Assembly: GCF_018531465.1 (NCBI RefSeq)
Contig: NZ_JAHDTF010000005.1
Span: forward strand, 262,574-286,573
Reading direction: 5' to 3'
Length of the DNA: 24,000 bases
From: Sphaerisporangium fuscum
Lineage (GTDB): Bacteria; Actinomycetota; Actinomycetes; Streptosporangiales; Streptosporangiaceae
Part shown: in pieces, positions 8,395 through 14,428 of the stretch
How positions within the stretch are numbered: position 1 is the stretch's first letter
How the letters are laid out: each line of letters opens with the position of its first letter
Translations under genes and position numbers: made by a program
Notes under the pieces: model-generated
Told to the model about the DNA's origin: nothing
The model's input: the letters and a program-made list of their open reading frames with translations, nothing else
The model's database searches: none

Positions 8395-9425
8395 GCGACC
8401 CCACCGTCACCACCGATCTCAGGGCCGACGTCGAACGGTACCTGGAGCGCATCGGCGCGGCCGACGAGTACGGCGCCATCGACCTGGCACTGGAACTGCT
8501 GGACCACGGCGTACCCGCCGAGCGCCTCCTGCTGGAACTCGTCGCGCCCGCCCAGCATCGCGTGGGCGAACTGTGGGCGGCCAACGAGTGGTCGGTGGCC
8601 CGGGAGCACGGGGCGACGGCGGTCAGCGAGCGCGTGGTCGCCGCCATCGCCTCCAGGGCGCGCACCACCCCACGGCACGGGCGGGTCACGGTCGCCTGCG
8701 CCGACGGCGAGTACCACCAGCTGCCCACCCGTCTGCTCGCCGAGGTGCTGCGGCTGCGCGGCTGGCAGGTGGACTTCCTCGGCGCCAGCGTCCCCGGTTC
8801 GCATCTGGTCACCCACCTGCACCAGACGGGACCGGACGCCGTGGCGCTCGGCTGCGCGCTGCCCACACGGCTGCCCCGCGCGCACGCCACGATCATCGCC
8901 TGCCAGAGCGCCGGGACACCGGTGCTGGCGGGCGGGGCGGGATTCGGACCGGACGGCCGGTACGCCCGGCTGCTCGGCGCCGACGGTTGGGCGCCCACCG
9001 CGGACGCCGCCGCCGACCACCTCCAGGCCGGACTGCTGCCGTCCTTCCCGGCCTCGCCGCACCCCGTCTCCCATGTGGCCTGCGAGGAGTACTCCCACCT
9101 GCTGCGGCGCCGCGCCGATCTCACCGTCGGCACGATGGGGGCGCTGGCCGACGCCTACCCGCCCATGGCCTCCTACAGCCCACAGCAGCTGGAATCCACG
9201 GCCGACGACCTGGGGCACATCGTCGATTTCCTCGCGGCCGCGCTGTATGTGGACGACACCGCGCTGTTCACGGACTTCGTCCACTGGACCTGCGACATTC
9301 TTGCGGCCCGCCACGTCCCGGCCGACTCGGTGGCCCTGGGCCTGCGTCTCCTCCACGACGCCCTGCCCGACCTCCCCCGGGCCCGCACCCTGCTGACCGC
9401 GGGTGTTCAGGCCGCCCACCGCTGA
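8391..9425 (+). CDS. Cobalamin (B12)-binding-domain protein without a DNA-binding domain, plus a C-terminal helical domain of unknown function
   Basis: The N-terminal helical bundle (ELVAPAQHRVGELWAANEWSVAREHGATAV) is followed by a Rossmann-like B12 domain: VTVACADGEYHQLPTRLLAEVLRLRGWQVDFLGASVP...PVLAGGAGF. This gives an ExH motif with His present and Pro where the consensus has Gly. An ATGA start/stop overlap with the phosphatase gene lies at 8391..8394, with GGAAGGG just upstream. Confidence 0.75.
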   Translation: MSDPTVTTDLRADVERYLERIGAADEYGAIDLALELLDHGVPAERLLLELVAPAQHRVGELWAANEWSVAREHGATAVSERVVAAIASRARTTPRHGRVTVACADGEYHQLPTRLLAEVLRLRGWQVDFLGASVPGSHLVTHLHQTGPDAVALGCALPTRLPRAHATIIACQSAGTPVLAGGAGFGPDGRYARLLGADGWAPTADAAADHLQAGLLPSFPASPHPVSHVACEEYSHLLRRRADLTVGTMGALADAYPPMASYSPQQLESTADDLGHIVDFLAAALYVDDTALFTDFVHWTCDILAARHVPADSVALGLRLLHDALPDLPRARTLLTAGVQAAHR

Positions 9426-9592
9426 GGGCGTAGGCTGCTGGGGCACACGAAAACGCGGCCCGGTCGGTAGCCCGGGCGGCCACCGGCACGCTCGGCGGGC
9501 CGGTGGTCCTGTATCCGCCCTTCCAGGGATGTCCGGTGTGCCGGAAAGCGGCTTCGCCAAGCCGCCGGTCGGCATGCCTCTGGGAGGGCGTC

Positions 9593-10015
9593 ATGGTGTC
9601 TTTGTCGGTGTACTTCGACGGCTCGTTCTGGGTCGGTGTCCTGGAGCTTCATGAGGGCGGCGAGCTGCGCGCGACGCGGTTCGCCTTCGGGCCCGAGCCC
9701 ACCGATCCCGAGCTGTACGAGTTCCTGATGCGGCACGGCGTCGCCTTGCTCGAACGCGCCGCGGCCGCCCCCGCCGTGAGCGTGGACGCCCCGGCCGAGC
9801 GCAGGATCAACCCCAAACGCGCCGCCAAGCTGGCCGCCCGCGCGGCGGCCCAGGTGTCCCGGCGTGGCACGGCGTCGCAGGAGGCCCTGCGGCTGGAGTT
9901 CGAGACCCACAAGAAGGAGGCCGCGACCGGCCGCAAGGAGCGCAGGAAGGCGCTGGCGGAGCACAAACGCGAGGTCGCCCGCCGCAAGCGCCTCGAACGC
10001 CGCCGCGACCGCTGA
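9593..10015 (+). CDS. DUF2992 (YjdF-like) family protein
   Basis: MVSLSVYFDGSFWVGVLELHEGGELRATRFAFGPEPTDPELYEFLMRHG...RINPKRAAKLAARAA... ends in a lysine/arginine-rich tail. This is the characteristic YjdF-type N-terminus. GGGAGGG at 9582..9588 precedes ATG 9593. Confidence 0.7.
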   Translation: MVSLSVYFDGSFWVGVLELHEGGELRATRFAFGPEPTDPELYEFLMRHGVALLERAAAAPAVSVDAPAERRINPKRAAKLAARAAAQVSRRGTASQEALRLEFETHKKEAATGRKERRKALAEHKREVARRKRLERRRDR

Positions 10016-10044
10016 GCTCGACGGGCCAGGGCGGTCCCTCGACA

Positions 10045-10081
10045 GGCTACGGGGTTTCCCTCGGCGGGCTACGGGGTTTCC
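10045..10081. repeat. 15-bp direct repeat GGCTACGGGGTTTCC x2 (22-bp period) at a convergent gene junction
   Basis: The two copies are identical, at 10045..10059 and 10067..10081. The second copy contains the stop codon and last codons of the minus-strand membrane-protein gene. Confidence 0.8.
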
Positions 10082-10560
10082 TGAGCACACCTCTGCCGGT
10101 GTTCGTACAGCAGGCCGAGCCGGTCGATCCGCCACAGCTGCGCGAGCACGACGAGTGTCGCGCCGAAGACGGTCGGCCAGACCATGAGGGCGACCAGCCC
10201 CCATGCCAGCAGGGCGAACCCGGCGAGCCCGACGGGGATCAGCCACCGCAGGAAGGCCCCGTACTCGTGGGGCACCTGGGCCCGCTGGAGCAGCCACAGC
10301 TTCTCGCCGTAGATGCCCTTGGCCGCCCAGTCGCGGGGCTCGTCGACCGGGCGGAAGACGTGAGGATTGAGCCACAGCCAGACGACCACCGCGGCGACGG
10401 GGACCAGTGACCACCAGCCGATCCAGGTCCGGCTCCAGATGGCGACGATCATGCCGGGGATCGCGGCGAAGCGCGTGTAGACGCTCCAGGGGTTGGCGTG
10501 CCGCTTCCAGGCCTCGTCGGTCATGCGGAAGGCCTGGGCGACCGCGGCGAAGGACTTCAT
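10069..10560 (-). CDS. Integral membrane protein (4 predicted TM helices; DUF6653-like, assignment tentative)
   Basis: MKSFAAVAQAFRMTDEAWKRHANPWSVYTRFAAIPGMIVAIWSRTWIGWWSLVPVAAVVVWLWLNPHVF...VWPTVFGATLVVLAQLWRIDRLGLLYEHR. The start was set at ATG 10560 because upstream track codons run into the neighbouring promoter. Confidence 0.65.
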   Translation of the reverse strand: MKSFAAVAQAFRMTDEAWKRHANPWSVYTRFAAIPGMIVAIWSRTWIGWWSLVPVAAVVVWLWLNPHVFRPVDEPRDWAAKGIYGEKLWLLQRAQVPHEYGAFLRWLIPVGLAGFALLAWGLVALMVWPTVFGATLVVLAQLWRIDRLGLLYEHRQRCAQETP

Positions 10561-10580
10561 GCCCGGCACCTTCCACGCTG

Positions 10581-10603
10581 TGAACAAAAATCCAATCTGT
10601 TCA
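10581..10603. promoter_or_regulatory. Inverted repeat TGAACA-N11-TGTTCA in a 55-bp divergent intergenic region
   Basis: The arms TGAACA (10581..10586) and TGTTCA (10598..10603) flank an AT-rich spacer aaaatccaatc. The repeat sits between the divergent starts at 10560 and 10616. Confidence 0.35.
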
Positions 10604-10615
10604 TATGGAGATAGT

Positions 10616-11458
10616 ATGCCTTCGGCGCCCCCGCAGGAAGAGCGGGAACGAATCACCGGCCCGCCTCCTCGACGCGGCCACCGAAGGGATCACCTCATGC
10701 TGAACGACCTGCCCCACCTGTCCGCCGGCGAGGGACCGCCCCTGGTCGTCCTGCTCTACACCCCACAGGCGGCCAACCCGACGGGGGTGGCCCGCTGGTC
10801 CACCATGCGGCTGGTACGACCGTTCACCGGACACTTCAGCGTCCACGTCGTCAACCGCCCGCCCGGCCTGCCGCCGACGACGACGATGGCCGACCTCGCC
10901 GCCGTCTACGCCGACGCGATCAGGACCACCTTCGAGCACCCGGTGGCCGTGCTGGCCATCTCCACCGGCGGATCGATCGCCCTGCAACTCGCCGCCGACC
11001 ATCCCGACCTGGTGGACCGTCTCGTCCTGGCCGGGGCCGCCTGCACCCTCGGCCCCGTGGGCAGGCGCGCCCAGCGCGCGTACATCGAACGGGCACGCCA
11101 GGGCAGGCACCCCAGCCCGGCCCTGGCCGAGGTCGTCACGGAATCGAGGATCGGCCGGACACTGCTCAAAGGCCTGCTGTGGCTGTCGGACGCCGGCCGG
11201 CAAGATCACAGTGATGCCGTGACCGTGCTCAACGCCGAGGACGGCTTCGACCTGCGCGGACGGCTGGGCGACATCACGGCGGCCACCCTGCTGATCCAGG
11301 GCGACAGGGACGTCGTCTACCCGCTGGAGCTGGCCCGGCAGACGGTGGCAGGCATCCCGGACGCCCGGCTCGTCATCTACCCGGGCCGCACTCACAGCGC
11401 CACGTTCACCGACAAGCGCTTCGCACCCGACGCCCTGGCCTTCCTGACGGGCGGGTGA
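10616..11458 (+). CDS. Alpha/beta-fold hydrolase
   Basis: Nucleophile elbow VAVLAISTGGSIALQLAADHPDLVDRLVLAGA, acid region LLIQGDRDVVYP, and His region PGRTHSATF. GGAG at 10607..10610 precedes ATG 10616. ATG 10697 (MLNDL...) is an alternative start. Confidence 0.8.
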   Translation: MPSAPPQEERERITGPPPRRGHRRDHLMLNDLPHLSAGEGPPLVVLLYTPQAANPTGVARWSTMRLVRPFTGHFSVHVVNRPPGLPPTTTMADLAAVYADAIRTTFEHPVAVLAISTGGSIALQLAADHPDLVDRLVLAGAACTLGPVGRRAQRAYIERARQGRHPSPALAEVVTESRIGRTLLKGLLWLSDAGRQDHSDAVTVLNAEDGFDLRGRLGDITAATLLIQGDRDVVYPLELARQTVAGIPDARLVIYPGRTHSATFTDKRFAPDALAFLTGG

Positions 11459-11626
11459 CCGGTCCCGCCCGGAACGGCAAAGGGAGCGGCACATCTCGAA
11501 CGCATATTCGAAGAATCGGCCGAGGGTGCGTGGAGTCCGTTGCGAACACGTCCGAGATGTTGATATTGCTTGCGCTAGCGAGCCCGCCCGAGGGATCTCA
11601 GATCCTTTTGCTGGGAGGTGGGTCGC

Positions 11627-11911
11627 GTGGCGAGGTCGAGACAGCGCAGGCTGGTCCGGGGGCTGGAGGACGCCTCCACGGTGGTCAGGGCCACGACCGG
11701 CCTGCTCCGGCAGACGTCGAGCCTGCTCCGCCAGCTCGTCATGATCGTGGGATGGCTGGTCCTGCTGGCCGGCTCGGTACGACTGCTGCTCACCCCTACC
11801 GCGACACTCTCCCCCGAACACTTCCTGACCCCCGGCGCCGGCGCCGCCGCCGTCGCCCAGGGCCTGCTCCGGATGCCCGCACGCAAAGGACGATCGACTT
11901 CGGATCATTGA
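11627..11911 (+). CDS. Small single-TM membrane protein, copy A (hypothetical)
   Basis: VARSRQRRLVRGLEDASTVVRATTGLLRQTSSLLRQLVMIVGWLVLLAGSVRLLLTPTATLSPEHFLTPGAGAAAVAQGLLRMPARKGRSTSDH. GC3 is very high in this frame only. GGGAGG at 11613..11618 lies 8 nt before GTG 11627. The palindrome GGATCTcAGATCC sits at 11593..11605 just upstream. Confidence 0.55.
   Translation: MARSRQRRLVRGLEDASTVVRATTGLLRQTSSLLRQLVMIVGWLVLLAGSVRLLLTPTATLSPEHFLTPGAGAAAVAQGLLRMPARKGRSTSDH
11659..11887 (+). repeat. Left copy of a roughly 230-bp direct repeat (pairs with 14155..14389)
   Basis: Hand alignment against 14155..14389 gives 4 substitutions plus one 6-bp indel (GCCGTC). The repeat covers the core of the small membrane-protein ORF. 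Confidence 0.9.
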
Positions 11912-12138
11912 TACCTACGACCCCGCCGGCCTGCCACGCCGATAGCTCCGGCCACTTGTTGAGCAAGATGACGGAACTTGGAGTTTATAACCGTTTTAAC
12001 GGAAATGACTTCGCCACCCATGCGACCGATATTGTTATATCGGACTTAACATTATCGCAGGAGGGCACATGCGGCCCCTCTCCATGCTTTGATCAAGAAC
12101 CTCGGCGATGAAAAAGTTTCAGCCGGTGAGTCGATGGG

Positions 12139-12831
12139 ATGATTCGAAGCATGAGCGGCGCCGTCGTCGATCTCCTGGAACGGCCGACCTACACGATGTC
12201 ACAGGTCGACCGGCTGATCGGTCTACCCTTGGGCACCGCGCGACGCTGGGTCGACGGATATTCCCGTAATGGCCGCACTTACGAGCCAGTCGTCCGGCAA
12301 AGCCGCACAGGCGACATGATGGCGACATGGGGCGAATTCGTGGAAGCCCGGCTGCTCGCCGAGTACCGCAACGCAGGCGTCCCCATGATCAACATGCGGC
12401 CGGCCATCACCAAGCTCAGAGCCGAGACCGGCGCCCGGTATCCCCTCGCACACCTGGCCAATTTCGTGACACCACACGGCAAAGAGCTTGTGTGGCGGGT
12501 GCAGGAGCAGGTGCGCCTGCAGGCGGAGCTTCTTCTCGTCATACCACGCAACGGGCAGTTGGTCATGGCCGAAGCCGTCGAGATCTTCGTCAATGCCGTG
12601 GAGTTCGACGACGACACCGTGGTGCGCATGCTTCCCGACCTCAGAACTCCGGAGGTCAAGATCGACCCACTGCGCGCCTTCGGCGAGCCCGCGGTCCGGT
12701 CGGTGCCCACCGAAGTGATCGCCGAGCAGGTTCGGGCGGGCGACTCCGAGGAATTGATCGCAGATCTCTACGAGCTGCCGCTGGAACAGGTGCGGCAAGC
12801 AGTTTTGTTCGAGAAGCTCCGCAGCGCCTGA
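12139..12831 (+). CDS. MerR-like HTH + DUF433 domain protein (antitoxin-like)
   Basis: The N-terminus YTMSQVDRLIGLPLGTARRWV is HTH-like. The C-terminus KIDPLRAFGEPAVRSVPTEVIAEQVRAGDSEELIADLYELPLEQVRQAVLFE fits the DUF433 pattern. GC3 is lower than in neighbouring genes. ATG 12151 is an alternative start. Confidence 0.7.
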   Translation: MIRSMSGAVVDLLERPTYTMSQVDRLIGLPLGTARRWVDGYSRNGRTYEPVVRQSRTGDMMATWGEFVEARLLAEYRNAGVPMINMRPAITKLRAETGARYPLAHLANFVTPHGKELVWRVQEQVRLQAELLLVIPRNGQLVMAEAVEIFVNAVEFDDDTVVRMLPDLRTPEVKIDPLRAFGEPAVRSVPTEVIAEQVRAGDSEELIADLYELPLEQVRQAVLFEKLRSA

Positions 12832-12846
12832 CCTACCCGGACCACC

Positions 12847-13275
12847 ATGCCCCCCATAGATCCGCGAGGTCTGCGCTTCTTCGTCGACGAGACCTCCCTC
12901 GGCGTCGGCCGCGCGCTTGCTCTCCTACGCCGGGACGTCATCCACACCAGCCATCCGCTGATCCCAGAGGTACCGCTCGGCACTTTGGACGACGAGTGGA
13001 TCCCCAAGGTCGCCGCCAGAGATCTCGTCGTCATCACACGAGACAAGCGCATCCGTACCAAGCACGCCAAGGCGATGCTCTACGCCGAGCACAAAGCGCG
13101 AGTCTTCTGGATCGCCGGCAAGAGAGATCTGTCCAACTGGGACACGATGTGCCTGCTCACCCGCCGATGGGACGACATCGAGCGCGAGATCAAGGAACAC
13201 GGCCCGGGACCGTGGTTCATGGCGATCAATGAGTCGAGGCTCAGTGAGATGTGCATACATGGAGATCGGCGCTAG
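12847..13275 (+). CDS. PIN-like (DUF5615 / Mut7-C-like) putative nuclease, toxin-like partner of the DUF433 protein
   Basis: LRFFVDETSLGVGRALALLRRDVIHTSHPLIPEVPLGTLDDEWIPKVAARDLVVITRDKRIR matches the DUF5615 layout: an acidic D/E near the N-terminus, D-x-E/W mid-region, and T-x-D after a hydrophobic strand. It lies 15 nt downstream of the DUF433 gene. Confidence 0.55.
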   Translation: MPPIDPRGLRFFVDETSLGVGRALALLRRDVIHTSHPLIPEVPLGTLDDEWIPKVAARDLVVITRDKRIRTKHAKAMLYAEHKARVFWIAGKRDLSNWDTMCLLTRRWDDIEREIKEHGPGPWFMAINESRLSEMCIHGDRR

Positions 13276-13315
13276 GACGGAGCCCTGGTGCTGCCCACCC
13301 AACGACGAACCCCCA

Positions 13316-13334
13316 CCCTTCCGCGGCGGAAGGG
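13316..13334. terminator. Short hairpin between convergent genes
   Basis: CCCTTCC gcggc GGAAGGG lies between the stop at 13273..13275 (+) and the stop at 13340..13342 (-). Confidence 0.4.
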
Positions 13335-13339
13335 GCGCG

Positions 13340-13561
13340 TCATCCGCCCGTGGCGTCCTCGGCCTCCCAGCGCAGCAGGTCGCCTGGCTGGCACTCGAGC
13401 ACCTCACAGAGGGCGGCGAGAGTCGTGAAGCGCACGGCCTTGGCGCGGCCGTTCTTGAGTACCGCCAGGTTGGCGGGCGTGATCCCTACGCGGTCCGCGA
13501 GTTCGCCCACGGACATCTTCCGTTTGGCCAGCATCACGTCGATGTCGACGGCGATCGGCAT
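13340..13561 (-). CDS. XRE/Cro-type HTH transcriptional regulator (YozG-like, 73 aa)
   Basis: MPIAVDIDVMLAKRKMSVGELADRVGITPANLAVLKNGRAKAVRFTTLAALCEVLECQPGDLLRWE is the classic short YozG-type HTH. Its ATG overlaps the upstream gene stop (TGATG at 13563..13559). Confidence 0.85.
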   Translation of the reverse strand: MPIAVDIDVMLAKRKMSVGELADRVGITPANLAVLKNGRAKAVRFTTLAALCEVLECQPGDLLRWEAEDATGG

Positions 13562-14052
13562 CAGATCACCTCGTCCAGCTCGGCCTGCATCTGCGCCGCT
13601 TCGGCGTCGCGCGCGACGGCCTGGGCGAGCAGCATCCGCAGCACGAGCACGATGAGCGCGACCCCCAGGATGGCCACGCCGATCCCGCCCATGATGACGG
13701 TGACGCCCGGGTCGTCCCGCTGGCCCGGCGCATTGAGGGCCGTGACCGCGAACCACACGAGCGCAGCCGCCACGATGGCGCCAATGATGACATCCACGTA
13801 CCGGAAGGCGGCGTGGGAGAACACGGTTCCGCGTCGCACCATCGTCACCAGCCGCCACACGCAGACCCCGATGACCTGGATCGTCCCGATACCCAGGATC
13901 GTGATCACGCGCAGCGAGGTCAGCGGGAGCGACCCGTCCTCCGGGTCGTTTCCGCTGATCAACGTCCACACCATCAATGCCTGTACGGACACGGTGCCGA
14001 CGAGCATCACCACGAGCACGGCGCGCAGCGCGCGCACTGTCAGCTTCCCCAT
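13561..14052 (-). CDS. DUF2975-family membrane protein (4 TM)
   Basis: MGKLTVRALRAVLVVMLVGTVSVQALMVW...FRYVDVIIGAIVAAALVWFAV...VIMGGIGVAILGVALIVLVLRMLLAQA. It has the usual operon partnership with a YozG-like HTH. GGAAGG is the SD before ATG 14052. Confidence 0.8.
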   Translation of the reverse strand: MGKLTVRALRAVLVVMLVGTVSVQALMVWTLISGNDPEDGSLPLTSLRVITILGIGTIQVIGVCVWRLVTMVRRGTVFSHAAFRYVDVIIGAIVAAALVWFAVTALNAPGQRDDPGVTVIMGGIGVAILGVALIVLVLRMLLAQAVARDAEAAQMQAELDEVI

Positions 14053-14063
14053 GGCCCACCCTT

Positions 14064-14101
14064 CCATCGATTTGCGATGGAAATCTATCGAATTTCGATA
14101 G
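14064..14101. promoter_or_regulatory. Two perfect palindromes upstream of the DUF2975/HTH operon (candidate operators)
   Basis: CCATCG atttg CGATGG at 14064..14080, and the 17-bp perfect palindrome CTATCGAA t TTCGATAG at 14085..14101. Both share a TCGA core. Confidence 0.5.
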
Positions 14102-14428
14102 GTGAAGCAAGAGCTGACCCGGAGGGGCGGGCCGCCCTGGCCGCAAGCAGCGCAGGGGCTGGAGGACGCCTCCACGGTGGTCAGGGCGACGACCGGCCTG
14201 CTCCGGCAGACGTCGAGCCTGCTCCGCCAGCTCGTCATGATCGTGGGATGGCTGGTCCTGCTGGCCGGCTCGGTACGACTGCTGCTCACCCCTCCCGCGA
14301 CACTCTCCCCCGAACACTTCCTGACCCCCGGCCCCGGCGCCGCCGCCGTCGCCGTCGCCCAGGGCCTCCTCCGGATGCCCGCACGCAAACAGAGACCCGA
14401 CGCGGTCAGTCCTCGCCCACCACGGTGA
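14102..14428 (+). CDS. Small single-TM membrane protein, copy B (duplicate of 11627..11911 with different N- and C-termini)
   Basis: VKQELTRRGGPPWPQAAQGLEDASTVVRATTGLLRQTSSLLRQLVMIVGWLVLLAGSVRLLLTPPATLSPEHFLTPGPGAAAVAVAQGLLRMPARKQRPDAVSPRPPR. There is no convincing SD before GTG 14102. The 3' end overlaps the convergent hydrolase gene by 23 nt. This copy may be a non-functional duplicate. Confidence 0.4.
   Translation: MKQELTRRGGPPWPQAAQGLEDASTVVRATTGLLRQTSSLLRQLVMIVGWLVLLAGSVRLLLTPPATLSPEHFLTPGPGAAAVAVAQGLLRMPARKQRPDAVSPRPPR
14155..14389 (+). repeat. Right copy of the roughly 230-bp direct repeat (pairs with 11659..11887)
   Basis: See the left copy. This copy is identical except for 4 substitutions and a 6-bp insertion. 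Confidence 0.9.

Noticed and set aside
7860-9575. 571-aa minus-strand ORF, plus 8306..9133 (-) and 8330..9433 (+)
   Set aside because: These are antisense or off-frame to the SpoIIE phosphatase and B12-domain genes. They have no domain signatures, and the composition is typical of shadow ORFs.
9407-11908. 389-aa (9407..10576) and 435-aa (10601..11908) minus-strand ORFs
   Set aside because: They overlap the DUF2992, membrane-protein, hydrolase and small-ORF frames, which have better GC3 and motifs. The translations are R/G/P-rich with no domains.
11968-12111. 47-aa ORF MTELGVYNRFNGNDFATHATDIVISDLTLSQEGTCGPSPCFDQEPRR in the AT-rich cassette leader
   Set aside because: It has no SD, a codon usage unlike any neighbouring gene, and no recognisable family. 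It most likely arises by chance in AT-rich DNA. It cannot be fully excluded without expression data.
11895-12152. Imperfect 11-bp inverted repeat (cttcggatcat / atgattcgaag) flanking the AT-rich region, and the recurring 'MIRS...' N-termini in three track ORFs
   Set aside because: The match is short (10 of 11) and does not extend. The third 'MIRS' ORF (10656) has a different nucleotide sequence. This is probably coincidence rather than terminal inverted repeats of a mobile element.
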